DNA of 64,000 nt from Verrucomicrobiota bacterium. Lineage in GTDB: Bacteria > Verrucomicrobiota > Verrucomicrobiia > Limisphaerales > AAA164-E04. A program made the position numbers and the translations under genes. The DNA is taken from contig CP170459.1 of NCBI GenBank assembly GCA_047947115.1, positions 1,184,001 through 1,248,000 of the forward strand. The letters run 5' to 3'. The notes beneath the pieces are model-generated. The model did not search any database and had not been told where the DNA came from. It saw only the letters and a list, made by a program, of their open reading frames with translations. This document shows, one piece after another, positions 39,533-48,839 of the stretch. Position 1 is the first letter of the stretch, and every line of letters starts with the position of its first letter.

Positions 39533-42500
39533 ATAACAGCGGGCGAGGAGGAGAAGATGATGAAAACTGCGACGGTTGTGGACAAGACAGACACCATAAA
39601 GCCTATGGTATGGTTCACTGGCGTGTATCAGAGCCTCACCTGAATTTATGGTTATACGACATTCCGCTATCATATGCTCCTTCCAAAGGGCCAAAAGTGG
39701 AACTTGGGCTCAGCTTTCGGCAGCGAGCTGATGTTGAGTTCGATACTTATTACACTCGATCACACAGCTCTTTTTCTGACCGTTGGCACAGTTCCTGGCA
39801 CGCAGCTGCAGGTGATTGGAACGGAACCGAACACATAGTGTACCAGCCTGAAGGGCGGGTAGCCTTTTACACATTTCCATCTGGCTCCAACACCAGTAAC
39901 GCCAGTTATGTGGATAATGCGGTGCTGAAAAAATTCGTCAGTGCCGGTTATATCTACAAATATGAGCTACATCGTGCTGATGGAAGCATCTTGGTATTTG
40001 GTTTCGATTCAGGTGCTGCTGATGGACTGTATATGACTGAGATGATTGATCCGACAGGTGAGAAATTGACCTTTTCCTACGGCACAACTGATTCAGTCAA
40101 TTACCCCAACCGACTGGATAAAATAACTGATGCGGATGGAAATATCACTACACTTACCTATGCAGTAAGCGGGTATCCAAACCTTGTTTCAAGCGTTACA
40201 GCACCAGGTAGCCGCACGGTCAATTTCTCCTATACAACCTACTACCCCAGTAAAAAATTAACTGGAATTACCGATGTGGAAGGCATCACAAGTACTATCG
40301 CTTACAACTCATCTTCCGGGTATGCAAGCTCACTTGTAACCCCCTATGGAACGACCACATTTACTTACAACAATGTGGTTGCCCAGGACTATGATCGATG
40401 GGTAAAAATCAGTGAACCGGGAGGTTCCGGGCAGTGCTATCAACTTGTTGATTCCAATGCCAGCGGTATGTCTTCTACTTTTCTTACCAGTCAAAAGCCG
40501 GTTGTTTCAGGATCATTATTTGATGTTACAAATCGAGAGGATCACAATACGTTCCATTGGAATCGGCAGCAGTGGGCACAACAAGTATCTGCGGGACGTA
40601 CTACCCCTACGAACTTCGTTTGGTCGACTGATTTCAAGCGAGCTCGAATTCGCCATTGGCTGGTCGATTCAGATGGTCATTTGAACCACTCGTTGAGTCA
40701 CGAACAAGCTCCAAGCCCTAATGGAAGTACGGAAGGTCAGGTTATTTTTTATGATTACGCAGGGAAAAGTTCTTCAGACACATCCCTCATCGGCACTCAG
40801 ATACAGCCGAAAACAGTAGCCTACAAGCTTCCCAATGGAGAGACGTACTATGAAACCTATTCACGTAATTCGATAGGGAAGCCAACGGCTATTACAACCA
40901 CTTACACCTTATCCAATGGAAGTGTTGGCACTCGGACCAAAAATTTCACATATGCCTCAAACGGCATAGATATGCTTACAGAAAGTGATTTTAACGGGAA
41001 TGTTGTCAAGGAATGGACATGGAACAGCAAACACCAACCCCTGTCCTACAAATTGCATCCTGCCAGTGGCGTAACTTACACCAATACCTTCGAATATTAC
41101 ACTTCTGGTAATGGTATCAATCAGCTCTGGAAGATCATTACTCCCGCTGGCCAAACCCATACCTATTCCTATGGCTCTGACAAGCGTGTCACCAGTATCA
41201 ATTACAGTCCTTCTGGAGGAAGCGAGTATTTTTCCTGGCTCAATGGTAATCTACGCACACACGCAGATTTGCGGGGTTTGACCAAGACATTTACCTACGA
41301 CAAACTCAATCGTGTTACTCAAATTGATTACTCCAGCGGCGGATCTGAAAAGTTTTACTATACGACTGATGGTACGACAACCGGTTCCAAATGGCTTGAC
41401 CTCACCCGTTATGAAGACAGATTGGGCAAGGTCTGGAAATACGCATACAATGGTATAAGACAAAAAACGTCAGAAACTAATCCGTTAAATCGTACATGGA
41501 CTTATGGGTATTGTGGTTGCGGGGCCTTAGACTCCGTAACAGATCCATTGAGCAACACCACAAGCTATACTTACGACTATCAGGGGAACCGTACTGGAGT
41601 CGTTCATCCAGGCAGTGGGGGTAGCATCACTTTTGCGTATGATGCATTGGGCCAAATGACGAGTCGAACCGATGGTCTTGGCACACATTCCTACGAATAT
41701 AATAACCAGGGATTGCTGATAAAAGTCAAAGACAACTCAAGCAATGTCCTTAAAACATTGTTCTATGACAAAGACGATGACATCACCTCTGCTACTGATG
41801 AAAATGGGGTGACCACGACACAAGTATATGACTGGATAGGGCGTATCACAAGCCGCACCTACCCAACTGGAGGTGGTAGCGAAAGCTATGCTTACTCGGC
41901 TAAAGGTCTGACCAGTTATACGAATCCATTAGCCAAAACCTGGTCCTATGCCTATGATGCCGGATTACGCAAGACATCGGAAACAACGCCAAACTCAGAG
42001 ACAGTTTCCTATACCTACAATGGAGCAGGGGATTTGCTGACTATGACCGATGGTCGTAGCAAGGTAACCACTTGGACTGTTGATACCGAAGGACGTGTTA
42101 CGGGTAAAAAGAATGCGGGACAAACCTTTGACAACATCAAATACTATTACAACAACAATGGTCTATTGACTCAGCGTCGGTTTTATTCGACCTCTACCAG
42201 CTATCTGTCTACCTATTATACCCACGATGATGCAGGCAATCTTACTTTGATTAACTATCCATCCGGAACGACAGATGTGAGTTTCACCTACGACAACGCC
42301 AACAGGTTAACTCAAATGGTGGATGCGTCAGGAACGACATCCTATACCTACACCGCATCGAACCAGCCGTTGACAGAGAACGGGCCCTGGGCCAGTGATA
42401 CCGTCACCTACGCCTATAACTCTTCCAGAAAACGCAGCAGTTTGACAATTGATCAACCTACTGGTTCGTGGACACAATCCTATGGTTATGATGCCAATCA

Positions 42501-44112
42501 TAGACTTACATCGATCAACGCCCCGAAGATTAGTGGCACTTCCTTTACTTATGGTTACACCGGACATTCCAATCTGGCATCAACGACACGAAAACATCGC
42601 CAGTTAACCTTCCCGGTATCCTCCAAAATCATTCAAGATTACGATACCAATGCGAGATTGACGTCAACCAAGATGCAAACAAGTGGAAGCTCCACGGTGA
42701 ACAAGCACGATTACGTTTATAACAACGGTAGTCAGCGCACCAAGCAAACCTTCCAGGATGCCTCTTATATTGATTATGGGTATGATAATCTGGGTCAATT
42801 GACCAGTGCCAACCACTCGAACTCCGATCCAGATTACACCTATACTTATGATGCCGGATGGAATCTGGATACTCGAAATTCTGAGAACTTTAATGTAGGA
42901 GATCGTAACGAATTGACCTCCACCCCCTATGGTACACCAAGCTACGATAACAACGGTAATATTACTTCACTGGGAGGCAGTAGCTACTATTACAACGCCG
43001 AGAATCAACTGACAAACATCACTGTATCGGCATCCTGGAAATCGGATTTTGTCTATGATGGGCGAGGACGCAAACGCATCCAGAAAGATTACACATGGAC
43101 TGGTAGCGCTTGGTCAACGCCAACTGAAACTCGATACATCTACGATGGCATGGCTGTGGTGCAAGAACGCAACTCCAGCAACACACCAACTGCTACCTAC
43201 ACCCGGGGATTGGATCTGTCGACGACATTACATGGCGCAGGTGGCATCGGAGGGCTTCTGGCAAAATCAACAGGGTACTCCAGTGGTAATTGGTCGACCC
43301 ATCGATACTATCATAGCGACGGCAGCGGGAATGTGACCTACCTGGCAGATAACACCAGTTCGGCAACACTCAAAGCCAAATACAAATACGATGCTTTCGG
43401 ACGCCTGATCACCTCATCAGGAACAGACGCAGCGTCCAATTTGTATCGTTTCTCAAGCAAAGAACTCCACTCAAACAGCGGACTTTACTACTATGGCTTC
43501 AGGTTCTACGATCCTCAGAATCAACGGTGGTTGAATCGGGATCCTATTGGGGAAGCTGGGGGGATAAACCTGTATGGGTTTGTTTACAACAATCCGACAA
43601 GATATGTAGATCCCTATGGATTGGATTGGACTGATTTCCTACCGCCGTGGATTGATACGGTTGGGGATTATGGAGCTGGGCTTGGTGATGCTCTTTCATT
43701 TTCAATTACAAGAAAAATTCGCGAAGCTAACCCAGATTACTTTAGCGCAGATACCGACTCCAGTGCATACACAGCGGGTGAAGTTACTAGTCTTGCGGTC
43801 GGATCCGGAAGATTGTTGTATGCAGGTTCAGCAAAATGCCTTAGGCTGATTAGAGCCCCTAATCCGCTCGAAAGGGCGCAAAAGATTTCACAAGCTAGAA
43901 ACAAATTGAAAAAAGCTTTTAGATTTGGCGCATTTCCAAATGCTAGAGTTTATCCATGGAAAACCATTCTTCAGAGGTATGATAATAATCCATACTTAAT
44001 AATTGATGCAGCAACTCGAACTTCGCCAATATTTAATATTGGAGGAGGCATTGCAGTTGGAGGATCCTTAGTTAACTATTATCAACCTGAAAACCAAGCA
44101 GAAAGAAATTGA
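39340..44112 (+). CDS. Rhs/YD-repeat core with C-terminal polymorphic toxin (continuation of the 38372 ORF)
   Basis: Many YD repeats; YYYGFRFYDP..RWLNRDPIGEAGGINLYGFV.NNP...DPYGL core end; ~165-aa C-terminal extension. Confidence 0.93.
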   Translation, partial: FIVPEEADTRGYRTVRAGEGGQIFGKGQTLCPPPPGEDPGQPCPDDQCCLPGTSPNRHPSKPKINNSGRGGEDDENCDGCGQDRHHKAYGMVHWRVSEPHLNLWLYDIPLSYAPSKGPKVELGLSFRQRADVEFDTYYTRSHSSFSDRWHSSWHAAAGDWNGTEHIVYQPEGRVAFYTFPSGSNTSNASYVDNAVLKKFVSAGYIYKYELHRADGSILVFGFDSGAADGLYMTEMIDPTGEKLTFSYGTTDSVNYPNRLDKITDADGNITTLTYAVSGYPNLVSSVTAPGSRTVNFSYTTYYPSKKLTGITDVEGITSTIAYNSSSGYASSLVTPYGTTTFTYNNVVAQDYDRWVKISEPGGSGQCYQLVDSNASGMSSTFLTSQKPVVSGSLFDVTNREDHNTFHWNRQQWAQQVSAGRTTPTNFVWSTDFKRARIRHWLVDSDGHLNHSLSHEQAPSPNGSTEGQVIFYDYAGKSSSDTSLIGTQIQPKTVAYKLPNGETYYETYSRNSIGKPTAITTTYTLSNGSVGTRTKNFTYASNGIDMLTESDFNGNVVKEWTWNSKHQPLSYKLHPASGVTYTNTFEYYTSGNGINQLWKIITPAGQTHTYSYGSDKRVTSINYSPSGGSEYFSWLNGNLRTHADLRGLTKTFTYDKLNRVTQIDYSSGGSEKFYYTTDGTTTGSKWLDLTRYEDRLGKVWKYAYNGIRQKTSETNPLNRTWTYGYCGCGALDSVTDPLSNTTSYTYDYQGNRTGVVHPGSGGSITFAYDALGQMTSRTDGLGTHSYEYNNQGLLIKVKDNSSNVLKTLFYDKDDDITSATDENGVTTTQVYDWIGRITSRTYPTGGGSESYAYSAKGLTSYTNPLAKTWSYAYDAGLRKTSETTPNSETVSYTYNGAGDLLTMTDGRSKVTTWTVDTEGRVTGKKNAGQTFDNIKYYYNNNGLLTQRRFYSTSTSYLSTYYTHDDAGNLTLINYPSGTTDVSFTYDNANRLTQMVDASGTTSYTYTASNQPLTENGPWASDTVTYAYNSSRKRSSLTIDQPTGSWTQSYGYDANHRLTSINAPKISGTSFTYGYTGHSNLASTTRKHRQLTFPVSSKIIQDYDTNARLTSTKMQTSGSSTVNKHDYVYNNGSQRTKQTFQDASYIDYGYDNLGQLTSANHSNSDPDYTYTYDAGWNLDTRNSENFNVGDRNELTSTPYGTPSYDNNGNITSLGGSSYYYNAENQLTNITVSASWKSDFVYDGRGRKRIQKDYTWTGSAWSTPTETRYIYDGMAVVQERNSSNTPTATYTRGLDLSTTLHGAGGIGGLLAKSTGYSSGNWSTHRYYHSDGSGNVTYLADNTSSATLKAKYKYDAFGRLITSSGTDAASNLYRFSSKELHSNSGLYYYGFRFYDPQNQRWLNRDPIGEAGGINLYGFVYNNPTRYVDPYGLDWTDFLPPWIDTVGDYGAGLGDALSFSITRKIREANPDYFSADTDSSAYTAGEVTSLAVGSGRLLYAGSAKCLRLIRAPNPLERAQKISQARNKLKKAFRFGAFPNARVYPWKTILQRYDNNPYLIIDAATRTSPIFNIGGGIAVGGSLVNYYQPENQAERN

Positions 44113-44517
44113 ATGAGCTTGTGCTTGATGGATATGGTTAGCGAAGTGTTCGGTTACTCCTTAGATCCTGCTACAGGTAGTCTGACAAAGCGTCGAATAT
44201 CGGATGTTCAAGAATTTGCGAACAAATCATGTGGTTTCGGCTCAATGGTGAAATGTGGTGTCCTGAAACGAGAGGTTGTTCCGGTTGCTTATTGTGAAAA
44301 TGATGGGCTGAAATTAGTTTATATTGCAGGAAATAAATATAATTTTACTGACGGAAACCTGAGAGCGGTGCGCCGGGCTCCGGCACCATTCATCCGCAGT
44401 TTTGTGATTTCAAAGTCATCCGCGGTGCAACTTAAGCTCAGGTATTGGTTTTTTGAGATTCGAGAGTGGCCCGACGATGGAGATATTTTCTCCTTGATAA
44501 TCAGAAATACAGCCTGA
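44113..44517 (+). CDS. Putative immunity protein for the Rhs toxin
   Basis: 134-aa ORF starting immediately after the Rhs stop (TGAATG); positional inference only. Confidence 0.65.
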   Translation: MSLCLMDMVSEVFGYSLDPATGSLTKRRISDVQEFANKSCGFGSMVKCGVLKREVVPVAYCENDGLKLVYIAGNKYNFTDGNLRAVRRAPAPFIRSFVISKSSAVQLKLRYWFFEIREWPDDGDIFSLIIRNTA

Positions 44518-44711
44518 CGGAATAAATCCGGGGGCACGTCTGAATTTTCTCAACAAACCTTGATCAGAAGGGAGTGTAAGCACCCAATTCTCACCTTCAT
44601 GCAAATCCCTCTACTGTCGATTTTTGACCACCTCTTGAGGTAGCTCCCGTCCCTGGCCTGAACTGATGTTTCCAATGCTGCTGAGTATGCTGTTATATAA
44701 AGACAAGTAAG

Positions 44712-44895
44712 GGGCTCCCGGGCCGCTGTCGCGGCCCTTGGGAGCCCATTTAGGCCGCCTAAGTCCTTGGCTCTTAAGTGAGGTTACAGTCAACAGGCCG
44801 CCGAGACCGCGAGCTTGGGCCCGGCATTCGGCCTCGGCTCAAATTTACCTCGCTTCGGATACGCTAGGCGCTTGATTGCGGCCTCTCGGGCTCCC
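44712..44895. other. GC-rich multi-hairpin non-coding region
   Basis: GGGCTCCC-GGGCCGC-tgtc-GCGGCCC-tt-GGGAGCCC hairpin plus further inverted repeats. Confidence 0.65.
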
Positions 44896-44903
44896 AGAAA
44901 TCC

Positions 44904-45251
44904 CTATGACTCCCGACCGTGGAGTGTGACAAAAGGTTCCAATACGGCAATGACCTTGTCTTGTTGAGAGCGTGGCAATCTGGAGGCTACTTCGAAAAGT
45001 TGTCCCATCCTTCCCCCGGCTGTGATGGTTTTCCTGGATCTTGGGTGACCAAGCACTTCCTCGACCGTCACGCCCAGGGCTTCAGCCATTGGAATGAGGT
45101 AGTCCATTTTCCCGATCCGGCCCGAACGCTCCCAATACATGATGCTGGTGTGGTTGGTTCCGACTTGGCGAGCGAGTTCACGCACATTGAGCCCGGCTCG
45201 TTTCCGGAGTCGAGTCAGGTGTGATTCTTGTTCTGGTTTTTTCGGCAGCAT
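44904..45251 (-). CDS. XRE-family HTH regulator
   Basis: LRKRAGLNVRELARQVG...YWERSG...MAEALGVTVEEVLG. Confidence 0.85.
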   Translation of the reverse strand: MLPKKPEQESHLTRLRKRAGLNVRELARQVGTNHTSIMYWERSGRIGKMDYLIPMAEALGVTVEEVLGHPRSRKTITAGGRMGQLFEVASRLPRSQQDKVIAVLEPFVTLHGRES

Positions 45252-45277
45252 GGGTGAATATTATACCAATGAGGTAG

Positions 45278-46306
45278 TGGCCGCCGCCTGAAAAACTGGC
45301 CCAAAACGAGTGAGAAGTTTTGAATAACCAAAACGACTCACAATGAAGCAAAAAAGACATAAGCCAGAAGAAATCATTCGCCTGTTGCGCGAATGCGATA
45401 GCAGCGATCTCAACCAAGAGGCATTTTGCCGACAGAAGCAGATCTCCATTGCCACTCTCCATCGATGGCGCAAAAAGTATGGCCTCATGAGCGAAGCCGA
45501 CGCCAAGCGGTTAAAGGCACTGGAAAAAGAGAATGCCGAGCTCAAAAAAATGTATGCGGAAGCTATGCTCGGGATCAAAGTCCTCAAAGAGACACTCGAA
45601 AAAAAGCTCTAAGCCCCGCTCATCGTCGCGACCTGGCCAAGCAGGTTCATAAGGAGATTGGATGTTCACAGCGGCAAGTTTGCCGCTTCTTTGAACTGAA
45701 CCGATCCACCTTCCGCTATGAAGCCAAATTCCCATCCCCATACCGATGTGTCGTGGAACAAGCCGTCGTCAGGCTCAGTCACGAGTATCCGGAATGGGGG
45801 GCTGAGAAAATCGGACGACTGGTGCGCAACGAGAAGTTGCGTGTCAGCAATGATCGAGTCCGGCAAGTTCGACGCCAAGAGGGGCTGGTCGTTCCTCCAC
45901 CTAAGAAGAAGCAGCGGCGATTGGGGCAATCTACGGGGCGCCATCCTCAAAAGGCATCATATCCAGGACATGTTTGGACATGGGATTTTATCCATGACTG
46001 GACTCTCAAGGGAGGTAGTTGCCGTATCTTGAGTGTCGTTGATGAATACACAAGGCAAGCTCATTGTCTACACGTAGCCCGTCACATAGGTTCAAAGACG
46101 GTTCAAGCACTGATGGAGAAATTGATCGCTGAACACGGCTCGCCCGACTTTATCCGGTCAGATAATGGACCGGAATTCATCGGCCGGTCCTTGAGTCAGT
46201 GGCTCGAAGAACGCGACATTAAAACGCTCTACATCGAACCAGGTAGTCCATGGCAGAATGGGTATGTGGAGAGTTTCCATGACAAGTTCCGAAGGGAATG
46301 CCTGGG
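45278..46306 (+). mobile_element. IS3-family element, truncated at the 3' end
   Basis: TG-initiated left end, orfA, A7G slippery site at 45599-45606; orfB stops matching after FRRECL; no right IR seen. Confidence 0.88.
45343..45612 (+). CDS. IS3 transposase OrfA
   Basis: KRHKPEEIIRLL, TLHRWRKKYG, RLKALEKENAELKK. Confidence 0.9.
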   Translation: MKQKRHKPEEIIRLLRECDSSDLNQEAFCRQKQISIATLHRWRKKYGLMSEADAKRLKALEKENAELKKMYAEAMLGIKVLKETLEKKL

Positions 46307-46322
46307 GTGTGAAAAGCTATAA
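45600..46322 (+). pseudogene. IS3 transposase OrfB (integrase core), truncated
   Basis: WTWDF, VVDEYTR, RSDNGPEF, PGSPWQNGYVESF; lacks the C-terminal ..YN..RPH segment. Confidence 0.85.
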
Positions 46323-46491
46323 AAAGGCACTTCGGTTGGATTCGGATAATTTGGAATCGCTCGAAAGTTTGGCGCATTTCTACGATGCGGTTGAACCAAA
46401 ACCCACGACAGCAAAACGCTATGCCGAAACTTATATTGCTATCGCTGAACGCAGGCTTACCGAAATGAAACGCATAGTCAATGACAGTTGA
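46307..46491 (+). pseudogene. TPR-like protein C-terminal fragment
   Basis: SYKKALRLDSDNLESLESLAHFY TPR pattern, cut at the IS3 breakpoint. Confidence 0.5.
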
Positions 46492-46499
46492 CAGAACTT

Positions 46500-46989
46500 T
46501 ACTCAATCTGTTTCGTAGGCTCAATTCTTAATCCAAGCACCCTGATTTGTACGCTGCGTTGAAGCCTTTGGTCGAATTGTAAAATCCACTTTCATTCTGC
46601 ACTACATCGATGACGTGGAGTTGCGCCAGATGATTGAGCGACATTTAAACAAAGTCGAAAGCTCTCATCGAATGTCCAGAACAATTTCCATCGGTGGAGG
46701 GCGTGAATTTTACCAAGGCGACAAACAGGACCAGGAGGTATCGGAAGGTTGTAAGCGATTGATAAAAAAATGCGATCATCTGCTGAATTATTTGTTCCTA
46801 TCGCATAAGATTGAGGAACAGAAGGATCCAAATATTCGAAAAGCAATGGAAAGGTCGGTTGCAGTAGGCTTTGTTGTAGCTTGGAGACATAGCAATTTGC
46901 TGGGAGAATACGATTTTTCGGACGAGAAACTGCAGGATTCGGTCGTCATCCAGTTGCCAAACCCTGTTAAAAGAAGGGAGAGTTTGTAG
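46500..46989 (+). pseudogene. Tn3-family transposase C-terminal remnant
   Basis: YIDDVELRQMIERHLNKVE..H..R.I..G and WRHSNLLGEYDF; stops and frameshifts upstream. Confidence 0.85.
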
Positions 46990-48283
46990 AATCCTGTGCA
47001 ACATTTAATACCTTTTCGGCGTTAGATCCAGCAATGGCTTTTCCGGCCAGGTATCCGGTGGTCCAGGCAGCTTGAAAATTAAAACCACCCGTCTCGGCAT
47101 CAATGTCCAGAACCTCCCCCGCAAAATGAAGTCCCGGCAGCTTTTTGCTTTCCATGGTCTTGAACTGAACCTCCTTCAAATCAACCCCGCCGCAAGTGAC
47201 AAACTCCTCTTTGTTGCGGCTTTTGCCTGAGACATGGAATGTTGTTCTTTTGAGTGATTCGGTCAACAACCTGACTTGTTTGCTGTTGAGCTGACGCCAG
47301 GTCATTCCTTGGTTGAATTCCAAAACGTCCAGCAAACGTTGCCACAACCTTTTTGGCAGGTCGAACGGTGAGAGGGTATGGAGCTGTTTGCTGGGATGTT
47401 GCTTCTTCAAGGATTCCAAGCCGAAACCCGCATCCGTTACATTCGGAATCCAATCAATATCACAGTCGAAAGACTTCTGAGCCTGATGGATTTCCCGTGC
47501 GCCCCAGGCAGAGAGCCGCAAGATGGCCGGTCCGCTCAAACCCCAATGCGTGACCAACAGGGGACCTCGGCAGCTGATCCTGGTTCCACACAACGAAGCC
47601 TCCGCTTCGTCCACACTCAACCCCGGCAATCCTTCGATCAATGGATGCTTTATTTGAAAAGTGAACAGCGATGGAATGGGATCCACCATGTGATGGCCCC
47701 ACTGCGACAACAGTTTCATTGCCGGACCCGGTTTGAGGCCACCCGTTGCCCACAGAATCTTTCGTGCGTGATAAATATGTCCGTCCTGAGTATTGACTTC
47801 AAACCCTTCGGATTCATGGTGCTTGATTTGGGCAACAGCCTGATTCGTCCTGATGGAAACACCCGCGGACCTGGCTTCATTCAAAAGGCATTCAACAATA
47901 CTGGAAGATCGATCAGAAATGGGAAACATCCGTCCGTCGGCTTCGGCCTTCAAGGGAACCCCTCTGGATTCGAACCATGTCACCGTGTCCGATGGCTGCC
48001 ATCGATAAAATGGCCCAAGCAATTCCCGGTGGCCGCGAGGGTAATGCTTGACCAACTCGACGGGATCGAAGCAGGCATGCGTGACATTGCACCGACCCCC
48101 TCCGGAGATCCGAACCTTTGACAACACTTCTCTACCCTTCTCCAGAATGGTTACTTTGAGCCCTGGATTTGATTCTACAGCGGTGATGGCTCCAAAAAAC
48201 CCCGCCGCTCCACCCCCGATCACCAGGATGTCCTGCCGGATCGTTTTGGTAGATGGGGTTTCAACTCGGGGGGTAGGATTCAT
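46967..48283 (-). CDS. HI0933/BaiN-family NAD(P)/FAD-dependent flavoprotein
   Basis: GGGAAG, KVRISGGGRCNVT, THWGLSGPAIL, VTCGGV, TGGFNFQAAW. Confidence 0.95.
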   Translation of the reverse strand: MNPTPRVETPSTKTIRQDILVIGGGAAGFFGAITAVESNPGLKVTILEKGREVLSKVRISGGGRCNVTHACFDPVELVKHYPRGHRELLGPFYRWQPSDTVTWFESRGVPLKAEADGRMFPISDRSSSIVECLLNEARSAGVSIRTNQAVAQIKHHESEGFEVNTQDGHIYHARKILWATGGLKPGPAMKLLSQWGHHMVDPIPSLFTFQIKHPLIEGLPGLSVDEAEASLCGTRISCRGPLLVTHWGLSGPAILRLSAWGAREIHQAQKSFDCDIDWIPNVTDAGFGLESLKKQHPSKQLHTLSPFDLPKRLWQRLLDVLEFNQGMTWRQLNSKQVRLLTESLKRTTFHVSGKSRNKEEFVTCGGVDLKEVQFKTMESKKLPGLHFAGEVLDIDAETGGFNFQAAWTTGYLAGKAIAGSNAEKVLNVAQDSTNSPFF

Positions 48284-48839
48284 GTCCCCCGCATCCTACG
48301 CCTCCGAAGAAAAGACGTCAAAGAAAGTCCTGATCCCCGGCAGTCACGGGAACAAAATAGATGATCGACAAGTTCAGGCAGTGACAGCTTGCATTAAAAG
48401 ATCATGGATACAAGATGTGGAGAATTCCACGAGTCATACCCAGATTGGCATGATGTTAAGTGTGACACATGCTGCGGGTCAGTTTCAATAGTAGCGGCGT
48501 CAGGAATGGTGGCAGCATATTCGATGGGGCGTCTTGCATCCTTGGCTGCTGAAGGTCGGGCTGCGCTGCCCTGTCGGGCAGATTTATATGACGGAGATGC
48601 ACCCTTGTTTTTGAAGTCAATGTTTCACACCGATCCGGTCGCAAATGTAAACGGGCCATAGGGGTCGCGCCTCAAGTTTTACAATTACAGCTCTGCTGGC
48701 GGAACATGTTGTCATTGGGAGCTATCAATCATAGCCTGGCTGAAGGGACTTGCATGTGTTCCCTCCATGCAGTTTGTGCTTGGGTTGAATGAGCCAAGAC
48801 TTGCTTCCGTAGGGTGGCACAGGCAAGCTTGGTGCCGGA

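Noticed and set aside
44640..44900. Hammerhead ribozyme near the Rhs locus
   Set aside because: CTGATG at about 44663 is followed by TT, and no CUGAUGA/GAAA core is evident on either strand
48404..48661. 85-aa Cys-containing ORF in a long intergenic region
   Set aside because: No recognisable motif or RBS; cannot be supported without homology data
48815..48832. Second sigma54 promoter (TGGCACAGGCAAGC)
   Set aside because: GG-to-GC spacing is off by one and the TTGC element is missing
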